Shown in pieces: positions 28,867 to 39,211 of a DNA stretch of 56,676 nt; position 1 is the stretch's first letter; every line of letters starts with the position of its first letter. Made by a program: the position numbers and the translations under genes. The notes below the pieces were generated by a model. It did not search any database, was not told the origin of the DNA, and worked only from the letters and a program-made list of their open reading frames with translations. The stretch covers positions 67,042 to 123,717 of the forward strand of contig JBBDXP010000007.1 in assembly GCA_040902285.1 (NCBI GenBank). The letters are read 5' to 3'. The DNA is from Candidatus Spechtbacterales bacterium (GTDB lineage Bacteria; Patescibacteriota; Minisyncoccia; Spechtbacterales; 2-12-FULL-38-22).

Positions 28867-29359
28867 AAAAATTATACTGGGCATAGATCCCGGCACAGCA
28901 ACAATGGGATACGGCATAATAAAAAAAACCGGATCCGATATAAAATGTCTGAGCTATGGAACATTAACCACCGACGCGGGGATTCCCGAACACATACGGC
29001 TTAAAAATCTTTACGCTGGCATTAACAAACTATTGAAAAAACACAAACCGGATATAATAGCGGTTGAAAACATATTCTACTTCAAAAATCAAAAAACGGT
29101 AATCCATGTGAGTCAGGCCAGAGGCGTGGCTCTTCTTATAGCTGCTCAGAGGGCTAAAGAATATTTCTCATTCACTCCTTTGCAAATAAAACAAGCCGTA
29201 ACAGGATATGGGCGAGCAGATAAAAAACAGGTGCAAACCATGGTAAAAACCCTGCTACGCCTAGACGAAGTGCCAAAACCGGATGATGCCGCCGACGCTC
29301 TGGCCGTGGCTATATGCTGCGCCAATTCTTTGAACGTATTGCAAATTTTAAAAAAATAG
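28853..29359 (+). CDS. ruvC: Holliday junction resolvase
   Basis: ILGIDPG, QARGVA, TPLQIKQAVTGYGRADK, PDDAADALAVA; start ATG 28853. Confidence 0.95.
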   Translation: MRNTEKIILGIDPGTATMGYGIIKKTGSDIKCLSYGTLTTDAGIPEHIRLKNLYAGINKLLKKHKPDIIAVENIFYFKNQKTVIHVSQARGVALLIAAQRAKEYFSFTPLQIKQAVTGYGRADKKQVQTMVKTLLRLDEVPKPDDAADALAVAICCANSLNVLQILKK

Positions 29360-29370
29360 TATAGGAGTCA

Positions 29371-29709
29371 GGAGTGTGAAATAAGAACAGAATCAACTTT
29401 AGAAGCAAAAGAATGAACCGGATGCGATGAATGATGACGAAGGAGTAGTTTTAACTACTTTGAGGAGGAATGAAGAAGCAGACGGTTTATTCTTTTGCTT
29501 CCCGCATGGCGGGCGAATATTGAACATATTCTTCGTTTGAACGCTACGCGTTATGCCTGCGACGCTCGGAAAAGAAAGCTTGCTTTCTTTTCACTCGCTA
29601 TCCTCGGCATCCCGTCGCTCACGCACAGGCAGTGCGTTTCGACACCTGGGGCCTTGTGGCTAAAAAATATACGCTCCGCTAAATTGATTCTGTTCGTATC
29701 TCACACTCC
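29371..29709. mobile_element. 339-bp composite palindromic element with a nested ~100-bp hairpin (29402-29501)
   Basis: Outer IR ggagtgtga..aagaacagaatcaa / ttgattctgttcgtatctcacactcc; inner IR gaagcaaaagaatgaaccg / cggtttattcttttgcttc. Confidence 0.7.
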
Positions 29710-29721
29710 CCAAATAATCAT

Positions 29722-30339
29722 ATGAACCACGAAAACATCAATATTATCGAGGGTAAATCCCCCATACTGATATCGGCGCCGCACGCAGTGCCCATAAGAA
29801 AAAATGTAGAAGGCAGGATTTACACGCGGAAAGCGGAAAAAAGAGTAAGCGAAATAGTGGATGTTTTAACGCGAAATACGGGCGCCTGGGGAATACATAC
29901 GGTTTCAAGAGGAACTCTAGAGGGCTGGAGGCAGGAAATATACGGGATATATAAAAAAAATGTTAAGAACATAGTAAAATTAAGCGGAGTAAACCTTGTA
30001 ATAGATATACACGCGGCAAAAAGCGGGCGGCCTTTTTATGTAGATTATGATTTTGTGCTCCCAAACAAGCACCCGCACGATAGCATGGTTGAAGAAATAT
30101 TTTGCCACCACTACCTGCAATACTTTCCTTCACATAAATTGAGTAGAGGATATTTTAGAGAAGAAAAAGGTTCGGGAAAGAACACTCTTACTTTTTATGT
30201 AAGAAATTATCTTAAGATTCCCGCTTTGCAAATAGAGATAAATAAAGCCCTAAAACAAGATGAGGCGGGTTTCCGTGATATATTAAAAATGCTATATTCG
30301 TTTATGAAAGATTATGAAAATACTATTACTCGGGTTTAG
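29722..30339 (+). CDS. Zn-dependent amidohydrolase/carboxypeptidase-fold protein (N-formylglutamate amidohydrolase-like)
   Basis: ILISAPH...E, VIDIH, PALQIEIN motifs. Confidence 0.6.
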   Translation: MNHENINIIEGKSPILISAPHAVPIRKNVEGRIYTRKAEKRVSEIVDVLTRNTGAWGIHTVSRGTLEGWRQEIYGIYKKNVKNIVKLSGVNLVIDIHAAKSGRPFYVDYDFVLPNKHPHDSMVEEIFCHHYLQYFPSHKLSRGYFREEKGSGKNTLTFYVRNYLKIPALQIEINKALKQDEAGFRDILKMLYSFMKDYENTITRV

Positions 30340-31750
30340 CAAAAAAAAGAGATCCTATACGGTAAAGCGCCTTGTGGCAGAACTTAAAAAAAAGGACCAC
30401 ACGGTAAATTATCTTTCCTGGCACGCCATCGTTTTTATGTTTACCCGCAAAGGAACGGACATAAAACGCGCCAAGGGAACGGATTTAAAATATTATGACT
30501 TTATAATACCAAAAGCTCCTTTTTCGCGAGGCAAGGTACGCAAAGGCATGTATTTAAGCCATTTATACCGCCACTATCTGCTTATTATCGATTATATAAA
30601 TCAGCACCACAAGCATGTGCTAAACGAGAAAACAGCTAAAAAAATACCCTTCTATGACAAACTCTTTCAGTATTATTTAATGAATAAAAAAGGCCTTCCG
30701 ATTGTGCCGTCTATATTATATACCGGAGCTCAAACACCCAATCTTGTATACAAGAAATTCAAAAAGCCCTATATAGCAAAAAACATAGAAGGATTTGGTG
30801 GGAAACAGGTATTGCTTATACACAAAATAAAGGAGGTTAAAAAATTCATTAATAAATTCGGCATAGGAAAGCTCTTGGTTCAAAAATACCTCCCCGTAAA
30901 ATATGATTACAGGGTTTTAATAATAGGCAGCAAAGTTGTGGGAGCCATGAAACGCACTGCCAAAGAAGGAGAGTTCCGTTCCAATGTATCTATGGGAGGA
31001 GGCGTCGAAAAAGCAGACATATCGAATGAAATGAAAAAGATAGCGTTAAAGGCGGCAGCTGTTTTTAACGCTGAATTTACCGGTGTGGATATAATAAAAC
31101 ATAAAGGAAAATATTACATTCTTGAAGTAAACATATTCCCCGGATTTGAAGGATTTGAAAGAGCCACAAAAATCAATGTAGCCGAAAAACTCGCTTCTTA
31201 CATAGAAAAAAAATATCTTTGGAGCTTGCAGACAGAATTTACCAAAAAAGAAAAAAGAGAAATGTTTGAAGATTTATACAAGATAGAAAAAGAAAATCTG
31301 GAAAAACCCCTGTCCAAAAAAGGATTTTTGGACACAATATTAAAAAGAGATCTTATTGTTATCAAAAAAGAAGAAAAACCCATTGCTTATCTCACCCACT
31401 ATCGCGAAGATGGAACGCGCAGAATTACCAGATATGGCATATCTCCAAAACACCGCGGGCAGCGCATGGGGCGGAGAATACTTAGAGCCCTTATAAGAAT
31501 AACAGAATCCGACAACGATGAAACAGCAAACGCCGTAATTCCGGCAATGAACAAAAAAAGGCAGAGAACCTTTAAGAGAATCGGTTTTTCCAAGATTGAA
31601 GCGCTGAAAAAATATTATCCGGACGGTTCGGACGCTTTTATTTTTGAATATAAAACCCATCCTTCAAAAAAAATACGCGGGCCGGGGCTTACAAAAACAA
31701 AGAAGGAGACGAAAAATAAAATTAACAAAAACAAAGGAGGTAATAAATAA
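30314..31750 (+). CDS. RimK-family ATP-grasp ligase fused to a C-terminal GNAT-like domain
   Basis: GFGGKQV, VQKYL, DYRVLIIG, EFRSNVSMGG, GVDII, LEVNIFPGF; C-terminal ISPKHRGQRMGRRIL and FKRIGF...YYPDGSDA. Confidence 0.85.
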   Translation: MKILLLGFSKKKRSYTVKRLVAELKKKDHTVNYLSWHAIVFMFTRKGTDIKRAKGTDLKYYDFIIPKAPFSRGKVRKGMYLSHLYRHYLLIIDYINQHHKHVLNEKTAKKIPFYDKLFQYYLMNKKGLPIVPSILYTGAQTPNLVYKKFKKPYIAKNIEGFGGKQVLLIHKIKEVKKFINKFGIGKLLVQKYLPVKYDYRVLIIGSKVVGAMKRTAKEGEFRSNVSMGGGVEKADISNEMKKIALKAAAVFNAEFTGVDIIKHKGKYYILEVNIFPGFEGFERATKINVAEKLASYIEKKYLWSLQTEFTKKEKREMFEDLYKIEKENLEKPLSKKGFLDTILKRDLIVIKKEEKPIAYLTHYREDGTRRITRYGISPKHRGQRMGRRILRALIRITESDNDETANAVIPAMNKKRQRTFKRIGFSKIEALKKYYPDGSDAFIFEYKTHPSKKIRGPGLTKTKKETKNKINKNKGGNK

Positions 31751-31776
31751 AAAACAGGGTCTGCGCCCTGTTTTTT
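31750..31776. terminator. Bidirectional terminator between convergent genes
   Basis: aaaaacaggg-tctgcg-ccctgttttt. Confidence 0.7.
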
Positions 31777-33001
31777 ATTTTAGAATGATTTTCATAATCC
31801 TTTTTTTACCGACACGAAGCGTAAAAGGTTTGCGGGGTATATCTTGGTTGTAATCCCCCACCCTCTTGCCATCTATGTATACCCCACCCTGGTTTACCAA
31901 ACGGCGAGCCTCGCTTTTAGAAACCTTCAAAACCTCGGTTAAAACGGGGCCCGTGTTCTTTGTGCTTTTCGGAATGCTTTTTTCTTCAATGGCTCTTGTG
32001 ACATCCTTTTCCTGGAAAACTTTTTTAAACCGTTCTCCAGCTTTTTGGGCCGCGTCTTTGCCCCAATATAAAGATGTTATGGTTTCGGCAAGATTGAGTT
32101 TGAGATTACGCGCCGTTGTGCCGGATATTTTTTCTTTTTTTATTTTATTGATTTCGCCAAGCGGAATAGGTGTTACTAATTCAAAATATTTGACTATTTC
32201 GCTGTCAGGAATGCTCATTATTTTACCGAACATATTATGAGATTTATCCGACAGAGCTATATAATTATCAAAACTCTTCCCCATTTTGCGCACCCCGTCA
32301 GTACCCAAAAGAAGCGGGAATGTTAATATATCCTGCGGTTTTTGCCCGTATTTGCGCTGAATCTGCCTGCCCATAAGAAGATTAAATTTTTGATCCGTGC
32401 CGCCAATTTCAACATCCGCTTTTATTTTTACCGAATCATACGCCTGAAGCAAGGGATAAAAAAGCTCAATAAAAGTAATATCTTCTCCTTTTTTAATCCG
32501 TTCTTTAAAATCAGAGCGTTTAGTGAGTTGCAAAAGAGTTGCTGTTCTGGCAAGCTGGAGAGCCGCATTAAGCCCTTCTTTTTCATGCCACTCGCTGTTG
32601 TGGCGTATTTCTGTTTTTTTCATATCTAGTATTTTGGCAATTTGTTGAAGATAGGTCTTCATATTGTTTTTGACTTCTTTTTTTGTAAGCATCTTTCTTT
32701 CTTTGCTCTGTTCGCTTGGATCCCCTATGGTTGCTGTAAAATCCCCTATTATTAAAACCGCCTTGTGGCCCGCGTCTTGAAATTGGCGCAGTTTCCACAA
32801 AGCAACCGTATGTCCCAGGTGTATATCTGGACCCGTAGGATCAATGCCAAACTTAACGCGTAATTTACCTCCAGACGACAGGCGCTTGGCTAAGCTTTTT
32901 TTCTCTATAATCTCCTCTACACCTCTGGTTAAGATATCTGTCCGTGTGAAAGTTGATTTTTTTATAGGAATATGCATAATATATGAAGTTATTGCGAACA
33001 A
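31775..33001 (-). CDS. tyrS: Tyrosine--tRNA ligase
   Basis: KFGIDPTGPDIHLGH, YPLLQAYD, GGTDQKFN, KMGKS, C-terminal S4 domain; exact start uncertain. Confidence 0.96.
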   Translation of the reverse strand: MFAITSYIMHIPIKKSTFTRTDILTRGVEEIIEKKSLAKRLSSGGKLRVKFGIDPTGPDIHLGHTVALWKLRQFQDAGHKAVLIIGDFTATIGDPSEQSKERKMLTKKEVKNNMKTYLQQIAKILDMKKTEIRHNSEWHEKEGLNAALQLARTATLLQLTKRSDFKERIKKGEDITFIELFYPLLQAYDSVKIKADVEIGGTDQKFNLLMGRQIQRKYGQKPQDILTFPLLLGTDGVRKMGKSFDNYIALSDKSHNMFGKIMSIPDSEIVKYFELVTPIPLGEINKIKKEKISGTTARNLKLNLAETITSLYWGKDAAQKAGERFKKVFQEKDVTRAIEEKSIPKSTKNTGPVLTEVLKVSKSEARRLVNQGGVYIDGKRVGDYNQDIPRKPFTLRVGKKRIMKIILK

Positions 33002-33059
33002 AAATATGTTAAAATTGCATTGAGGGTGTATTGAGGGTGTTTTTAATTATCCTAACACA

Positions 33060-35600
33060 ATGGGCAAAATTCTGAAACGGACCGCGATTTATTTTCTGAA
33101 ACAGATCGGAAAATATACTAAAAAATCAATAGCTTTTATTTTTAAAAATCCGGTAAAACTGTTAAAGGTAGCCGGGCTTTCGGCTTTTTTGGGTTCTGTG
33201 GCGGTTGCCGCTCTTTTCATATACTACAGCAAAGACCTTCCGTCTCCAGCGGCTCTGCGCGAAGTGTTCGTCCCAGAATCCACAAAAATATTAGACAGAA
33301 CCGGAACAACCGTTCTGTACGATATTTATGGGGAGGAAAAAAGAACGATAATAGCTTACTCCGAAATGCCCGAGTATGTTCGCAACGCCACTATTGTGGC
33401 CGAAGATGACAGTTTTTATCACCACATAGGAGTTGATATTAAAGCCATAGCAAGGGCATTTCTCGCCAACATGCGCGGGAGAGAAATAAGACAAGGAGGA
33501 TCCACCATAACTCAGCAATTTATAAAAAATGCGCTTTTAACTTCCGAAAAAACCTTACCCCGAAAGATAAAAGAGGCAATTCTTGCCATTGAATTGGAGT
33601 GGAAATATTCAAAAGATGAAATATTGGAACTTTACCTAAACCAGGTCCCCTACGGCTATAATGCCTACGGAATTGAAGCGGCGGCACAAACCTATTTTAA
33701 TAAACACGCCAAAGACTTAACACTGGCCCAGTCCGCGACCCTCGCAGCCCTTCCGCAGGCAACCACATATTACACAAGCAATTTGGGTGAGCTGGAGAAA
33801 AGAAAAACATACATATTAAATAAAATGCTTGAATTCGGCTATATTAATAAGGATGAGTATCTGGCGGCCCTTACAGAAGAAGTAGAGATGGAAGCTATAT
33901 ATATCGAAATGCAAGCACCCCATTTTATAATTGAAGTCAAAAAATACCTCGAAGAAAAATATGGAACTTCTCTTGTAAAACAAAGCGGGTTAAGAGTTGT
34001 TACAACCCTTGATACAACACTTCAAAAAGCGGCTGAAGACGCGGTAAGCGAATATGCGCAAAAGAATATTGCAAACTTCAACGCCAATAACGCCGCGCTT
34101 GTGGCAATAGATCCAAAGACCGGCCAAGTTCTAGCAATGGTGGGGTCAAGAGATTATTTTGGAGAATCAAGCCCGGAAAATTGCGCGACAGGCAAGACCT
34201 GTAAATTTGACCCTAATGTAAATGTCGCCCTTACCCCACAGCAGCCCGGTTCGTCATTTAAACCCCTTGCTTATGCTGAAGCGTTTTCAAAAGGATACAC
34301 ACCCGATACTGTCGTTTTTGATTTGCCGACCGAGTTTAACTCTTCTTGTCCCTGGACCGCCAATAAAGAAACGGGAGAGGGTGGAACCAAGTGCTACAAT
34401 CCGGGCAACTATGATCTTTCTTATTTTGGGCCAATAACCCTCAAGGAAGCCCTGGCGCAATCAAGAAACGTGCCTGCCGTAAAGGTTCTTTACCTTGCCG
34501 GGGTTCAGGACACGATAGAATTAGCACGAAGAATGGGGATTGAGTCCCTTGCCGATAGTTCGCGGTATGGCCTGTCTCTTGTTCTTGGCGGAGGAGATGT
34601 AACCCTGCTTGAAGAAACATCGGCTTTTGGTGTATTTGCCACCAGGGGAAAGAAAAATCCGCCCGCATACATACTTAGAATAGAAGACAGGGAGGGAAGG
34701 GTTCTGGAAGAATTTCGCAAAGAAACCGAAGAAGTGCTTGATAAAAATGTCGCCGATCAAATAAATTATGCGCTTAGCACTGACTCTTTCCGCGAAAGAG
34801 TTTTTGGCGAAAACAATTATCTCAACATAGCGGGTCTTCCGATAGCAGTCAAAACCGGAACCACGCAGGAATATAGGGACGCCTGGACTGTGGGATACAC
34901 CCCAAGCTTGACTGCCGGTGTTTGGGTGGGAAACAACAACAACGCAAAGATGTACAATGCTCCCGGATCCGCGGCGGCGGCCCCTATATGGAACAGGTTT
35001 TTTAGAGAGGCGTATGCCAGAAAACAGCAGGAATCGGACGAAATGAAAAACAAAGAATTTTATTTTGCCCTACCCCCTATCGGCAACGAAGAACCCTTTG
35101 TAAGCCCTGATATTCCAAAAACCGGAAAAGCCGTGCTCGACGGAACCGTGCTTCCCCACTCTATCCTGCGCTTTGTCGACAAAGAAGATCCTTTGGGCCC
35201 GTACCCCAAAAACCCGCAAAATGATCCTTTGTATCTTAATTGGGAATTACCCGTCCAGCGATGGGGCGGACAAGTTAGTATTACAAACAAAAACTCCGAA
35301 AATATAAGCATTGTTTTTACAAGTCCCCAAAACAATACTTTCTCAAAAAACGATACGGTTAATCTGCGGGCCGAGGTACAATCCAGCGAGCCCTTAAGCT
35401 TGGTAAGAATACTGCTCGACGGAAAATTAACAAAACAATTTAAATACGACAAAGATTCGTCTGTACTGGCGTTAAATATTAACGAGAATTTGTCGTTAAG
35501 CTCTTTGGAGGACGACAAAAACCCCCACGAAATCATAGTGGAGGCAGAAAATTTCGGAAACGTTGCTGAGAAAAACAGCTTTGTTTTTTCTTTAACTTAG
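33060..35600 (+). CDS. Class A penicillin-binding protein (transglycosylase-transpeptidase) with C-terminal Ig-like domain
   Basis: EDDSFYHH, GGSTITQQ, RKIKE, GSSFKP (SxxK), SRN, KTGT. Confidence 0.95.
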   Translation: MGKILKRTAIYFLKQIGKYTKKSIAFIFKNPVKLLKVAGLSAFLGSVAVAALFIYYSKDLPSPAALREVFVPESTKILDRTGTTVLYDIYGEEKRTIIAYSEMPEYVRNATIVAEDDSFYHHIGVDIKAIARAFLANMRGREIRQGGSTITQQFIKNALLTSEKTLPRKIKEAILAIELEWKYSKDEILELYLNQVPYGYNAYGIEAAAQTYFNKHAKDLTLAQSATLAALPQATTYYTSNLGELEKRKTYILNKMLEFGYINKDEYLAALTEEVEMEAIYIEMQAPHFIIEVKKYLEEKYGTSLVKQSGLRVVTTLDTTLQKAAEDAVSEYAQKNIANFNANNAALVAIDPKTGQVLAMVGSRDYFGESSPENCATGKTCKFDPNVNVALTPQQPGSSFKPLAYAEAFSKGYTPDTVVFDLPTEFNSSCPWTANKETGEGGTKCYNPGNYDLSYFGPITLKEALAQSRNVPAVKVLYLAGVQDTIELARRMGIESLADSSRYGLSLVLGGGDVTLLEETSAFGVFATRGKKNPPAYILRIEDREGRVLEEFRKETEEVLDKNVADQINYALSTDSFRERVFGENNYLNIAGLPIAVKTGTTQEYRDAWTVGYTPSLTAGVWVGNNNNAKMYNAPGSAAAAPIWNRFFREAYARKQQESDEMKNKEFYFALPPIGNEEPFVSPDIPKTGKAVLDGTVLPHSILRFVDKEDPLGPYPKNPQNDPLYLNWELPVQRWGGQVSITNKNSENISIVFTSPQNNTFSKNDTVNLRAEVQSSEPLSLVRILLDGKLTKQFKYDKDSSVLALNINENLSLSSLEDDKNPHEIIVEAENFGNVAEKNSFVFSLT

Positions 35601-35884
35601 AAACCTAGAGTAAACTTTATTGTTTGTACGGGGTTTTTCCTTTTGTCGTTAATTGATTGTTTAAGATTTTCTTTATAAAACTCCAGTTCCCCCGCCCATA
35701 TAGCATCTTCTACTCTTATGTACAGGGTGTTTTTTTTAAAATCTTTATAGTGTGTGTATGGGGCTGCTTTGGGGTGGATATTTTTTATTGTGTCGTTCCA
35801 AACAGAAGACAGTTGAGCATCTTCTATTTTTTCTCCAAAAAGTTCCCGTTTTTTATTTAATAGGTTTCCTAAACCAACCCACAT
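35597..35884 (-). CDS. DUF721/DciA-family protein
   Basis: 95 aa directly after dnaN; W...LYIRVEDAIWAGEL...INDK....IKF pattern. Confidence 0.7.
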   Translation of the reverse strand: MWVGLGNLLNKKRELFGEKIEDAQLSSVWNDTIKNIHPKAAPYTHYKDFKKNTLYIRVEDAIWAGELEFYKENLKQSINDKRKNPVQTIKFTLGF

Positions 35885-35885
35885 A

Positions 35886-36998
35886 TTAATTATTTTTTAT
35901 GGGCATTAATATATAAAAATAATCTTTGTGTTTTGTTGATTCAAGAACCACTGGGCTGTCCGGATTATTCATTTTTATAACAATCTCGTCTCCCTCTGTG
36001 TTGTTAAGCCCATCCAACAGATATTCACAATTAAACACGGTTTCTTTGTTTTCTCCTTCTGTTGAGGCGTCTATAGAAGATTCAAACTTGCCCACATCGC
36101 GATTTTCAGTCCTTATGTCTATTGTTTTTTCTTTAATTATAAGTTTCACATCATTAATTCTGCTCGCAAATAGTCCTGCTGATTTTACTTGTTTTAAAAA
36201 ATCTTCTTTTAAAACAATTGTCTTGGTTTGGTACTTAGATGGAATAATCCTGGCATACTCCGGATAATCCCCTTCTATAATTTTTGAAACAATCAATAAG
36301 TTAAAATTTTTATTGTCCGTGTTTTCTACTACTATTTGGTTGTTGTCAAGATAAAAATATAAAACTTCTCCCGGATCCGGGTAGCTTCTTATTATTTCGT
36401 TTACGGTCTTTGCGGGCACTATTAAATTTTCATTTCCTGTTTGTATGGCTTTTTCCGGTATCCTTTTTTCAGACAACCTAAAAGAATCCGTGGATGCCAG
36501 TTTGAGTTCTCCTTGAGAAAGAGAAAATAAAACCCCCGTCAATTCCGGTTTTATATCAGAAACCGCCACGGAATTTATGGTTTGTTGTAATCCTTTTATA
36601 AGATCTCCTGAAGAAATAGTAAAATATTTTCTTTTGTTCAGTTTTGGTAAAAGAGGAAACTCTCTGTCTCCTTCTCCTTTTATTGCGGTTTTATAGCTAC
36701 CTTGTTCTATCAGCAAACTATTATCTTTTATTTCGAGGCGGGTATTTCCCTCCGGTATATTGTTTAGAAAACTGCTTATTATTTTAGGAGGAACCACAAT
36801 ACTTCCCTCTCTTTCTATTTTTGCTGGCACGGAAACAGAAACAGCAAGTTCCAGATCCGTTGAAACAAAGTTAAGAGTATCTTTTTGGGTTCTTATTAAT
36901 ATATTACTAAGAACAGGCAAGGTTAAATTTCTTCCGATATTCTTTTCTACAGACTGTATGCTCTTTAATAATAACTCTTTTTTAATAATTAATTTCAT
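35886..36998 (-). CDS. dnaN: DNA polymerase III subunit beta
   Basis: LPVLSNILI, STDLE, STDSFRL, GDYPEY, YILMP; start ATG 36998. Confidence 0.96.
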   Translation of the reverse strand: MKLIIKKELLLKSIQSVEKNIGRNLTLPVLSNILIRTQKDTLNFVSTDLELAVSVSVPAKIEREGSIVVPPKIISSFLNNIPEGNTRLEIKDNSLLIEQGSYKTAIKGEGDREFPLLPKLNKRKYFTISSGDLIKGLQQTINSVAVSDIKPELTGVLFSLSQGELKLASTDSFRLSEKRIPEKAIQTGNENLIVPAKTVNEIIRSYPDPGEVLYFYLDNNQIVVENTDNKNFNLLIVSKIIEGDYPEYARIIPSKYQTKTIVLKEDFLKQVKSAGLFASRINDVKLIIKEKTIDIRTENRDVGKFESSIDASTEGENKETVFNCEYLLDGLNNTEGDEIVIKMNNPDSPVVLESTKHKDYFYILMPIKNN

Positions 36999-36999
36999 T

Positions 37000-37190
37000 G
37001 TTGTTTTAGATAAGGAGTATTTTAGGGGATAACTTGATTTAAGGTCTAAACTAAAACGATTTATATATTTAAAACTCGTGTAAAAACAAGGGAACAATTT
37101 TGTGGATGAAGTGTGGAATAATTTGTTGTTTAAAAAACTTTATTTTTTATACACAAATCTTCGGTCCGTGTTTCAACAAGTTTACCCCAG
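37000..37190. promoter_or_regulatory. Candidate oriC part (dnaA-dnaN spacer) with DnaA-box-like sites
   Basis: ttatacaca (37147-37155) fits TTATNCACA; tgtggatga (37101-37109) is 8/9; AT-rich surroundings. Confidence 0.6.
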
Positions 37191-37192
37191 GT

Positions 37193-38545
37193 TTAATCGG
37201 AATACAGTTGCTGTTTTATAAAGTCGAGCTCTTCTTCCCTGTCGTTATTTTCTCTCATTTCCTTTTCTATTTTTTCACACGCATGAATTACTGTTGTATG
37301 GTCTTTTCCTCCAAACCTTTCCCCGATGAAGGGATAAGAGCTTTTCATTTCTTTTCTCATTAAAAACATTGCGACCTGCCGAGGAACGACGATCTCTCTT
37401 TTGCGATTTTTTCCCAGAAGCTCTTTTTCTTTTATCTCATAAAAATTAGATACGGTTTGGACTATTTTTTTATAAGTGATGGGTTTTTGGGGCTTGTGGG
37501 TCAGATGAGAAAGAATCTTTTTCGCTCTCTCAAGATCCATTTCGTTATTATTTAATTTGGAAGAGGCTATTATCAGGTTAAGAGCCCCCTCCAATTCTCT
37601 TATGTTGCGTTGTACGCTGGTGGCTATGTAATTAATAACGTCCTCCTCCAAAGAAACGTTTTTGTTTTTTATTTTTGTTTTAAGAATGGCGACTCGAGTT
37701 TCGTAATCCGGATAACCTATGTCTACAAGCATTCCGCCCTCAAAACGGGATCTAAGGCGTTCCTCAAGAGTGGGTATGGCTTTGGGGGGTCTGTCTGAAC
37801 TTAATATAACTTGTTTGTTTTGTTCATGAAGAGCGTTAAAGGTGTGAAAAAATTCTTCCTGGGTTTGTTCTTTTCCTGCAATAAACTGTATGTCGTCAAT
37901 TATTAAAACATTTATTTTTCTATACTTGTCTTTAAAACCCTCTATTCCTTGGTGTTGTATTGCCGATATAAATTCACTCGTAAATCTCTCTGAGGTTAAA
38001 TAAACAACACTCTTGTCTTTAGAGGCGAATTTGTTGCCCACCGCCTGCAGAAGATGTGTTTTTCCGAGGCCCACTCCCCCATATATAAACAAGGGGTTAT
38101 ACATAAGCCCGGGCTTTTTTGAAACGGAAACCGCGGCGGCATGCGCCAACTCATTAGAGGGGCCCACAACAAAAGATTCAAAAGTATATTTGGGATTAAG
38201 GTTGGTTTCTTTGTCTATTTGCAGCTCTTCAAATTGGAGTTGTGTTTCTTCCACCTCCTCTTGTTTGTATTCAGAAACCGCTGTCTGAGCCACCGGCTTT
38301 TTGTTTTCGATAATATATTTTATTTCTTTTATGTTGCCGTCTTTGTCTCGGAGGGCTTTGAATATATATTTATTGTATTTATTTTCAAGCCATTCTCTGC
38401 TGAACGCGTTGGGAACAGCAACATGAACGACACCTCCTTTTTTCGAAGCAATATATGTGTTTTTAAACCACGTAATAAAATTAGCTTTGGAAAGCTGTAA
38501 TTCTATTTCGTTTAGTGCTGATTGCCAGAGCTTTTGTTCGTTCAT
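37193..38545 (-). CDS. dnaA: Chromosomal replication initiator
   Basis: LNPKYTFESFVVG, YGGVGLGKTHL, IDDIQF, RLRSRF, GGKDHTTV. Confidence 0.98.
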   Translation of the reverse strand: MNEQKLWQSALNEIELQLSKANFITWFKNTYIASKKGGVVHVAVPNAFSREWLENKYNKYIFKALRDKDGNIKEIKYIIENKKPVAQTAVSEYKQEEVEETQLQFEELQIDKETNLNPKYTFESFVVGPSNELAHAAAVSVSKKPGLMYNPLFIYGGVGLGKTHLLQAVGNKFASKDKSVVYLTSERFTSEFISAIQHQGIEGFKDKYRKINVLIIDDIQFIAGKEQTQEEFFHTFNALHEQNKQVILSSDRPPKAIPTLEERLRSRFEGGMLVDIGYPDYETRVAILKTKIKNKNVSLEEDVINYIATSVQRNIRELEGALNLIIASSKLNNNEMDLERAKKILSHLTHKPQKPITYKKIVQTVSNFYEIKEKELLGKNRKREIVVPRQVAMFLMRKEMKSSYPFIGERFGGKDHTTVIHACEKIEKEMRENNDREEELDFIKQQLYSD

Positions 38546-38723
38546 TGTAATGTTTAAAGAGTGCCTATATAACCTGTGTACATGATAACACGAAGCCGGG
38601 GGTGCTCGTAAATCTTGATTTTTAGGAAATTATGTGTAGAAGCTGTGGATTGGGTGTGGATTTTATTTTAGATCCGCACATGGCCTTGAATAGGCGCAAA
38701 AAAACTGATAAGGTGTTAAAGGT
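38546..38723. promoter_or_regulatory. dnaA-rpmH divergent promoter region with degenerate DnaA boxes
   Basis: tgtggattg (38644) and tgtggattt (38655). Confidence 0.45.
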
Positions 38724-38861
38724 ATGAAATCACCCACGTATAGTCCGAGCAAAAAAAGAAGAGTAAAAACCCATGGCTTTAGAAAACGCATGTCCACAAA
38801 AGCCGGGACTAGGGTTTTAAAAAGAAGAAGGACCAAAAACCGCAAGAAACTCGCAGTATAG
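38724..38861 (+). CDS. rpmH: 50S ribosomal protein L34, not in the ORF track
   Basis: Manual translation [45 protein letters not shown]. Confidence 0.95.
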   Translation: MKSPTYSPSKKRRVKTHGFRKRMSTKAGTRVLKRRRTKNRKKLAV

Positions 38862-38869
38862 TTCTTAGT

Positions 38870-39211
38870 ATGTTTTCAAAAAAAAACCGGCTTAGCTCCG
38901 CAGAGTTTTCGAGAACAATCAAAAAAGGAAAGGGATACAGCAGTCCCGCTTTGCATGTAAAGCTAATTAAAAATTCCACGGGCTATATAAGGATTGGTGT
39001 GGGCGTATCAAAACAACTGGCAACAAGGCCCACAAAAAGAAACTATTATAAGAGAATTTTAAAAAACACCTTATTCGCTGTTTTGCCGGAGAAAGACACC
39101 CCATACGATGTTGTGATAATAGCCAGAGAAAGTGCGGGCGATAAAAGTTTTGAAGAACTAAAAAAAGATGCAAAAGATCTCTTACAAAAAACCCCAATAT
39201 TTTCAAAATAA
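38870..39211 (+). CDS. rnpA: Ribonuclease P protein component
   Basis: KKNRL..., RIGVGVSK, KRNYYKR, YDVVII; synteny. Confidence 0.88.
   Translation: MFSKKNRLSSAEFSRTIKKGKGYSSPALHVKLIKNSTGYIRIGVGVSKQLATRPTKRNYYKRILKNTLFAVLPEKDTPYDVVIIARESAGDKSFEELKKDAKDLLQKTPIFSK

Noticed and set aside
29495-29725. 76-aa ORF before the amidohydrolase
   Set aside because: It lies inside the composite hairpin element and is probably spurious.
33021-33041. tgagggtgt direct repeat between tyrS and the PBP gene
   Set aside because: Only two short copies, with no supporting context.
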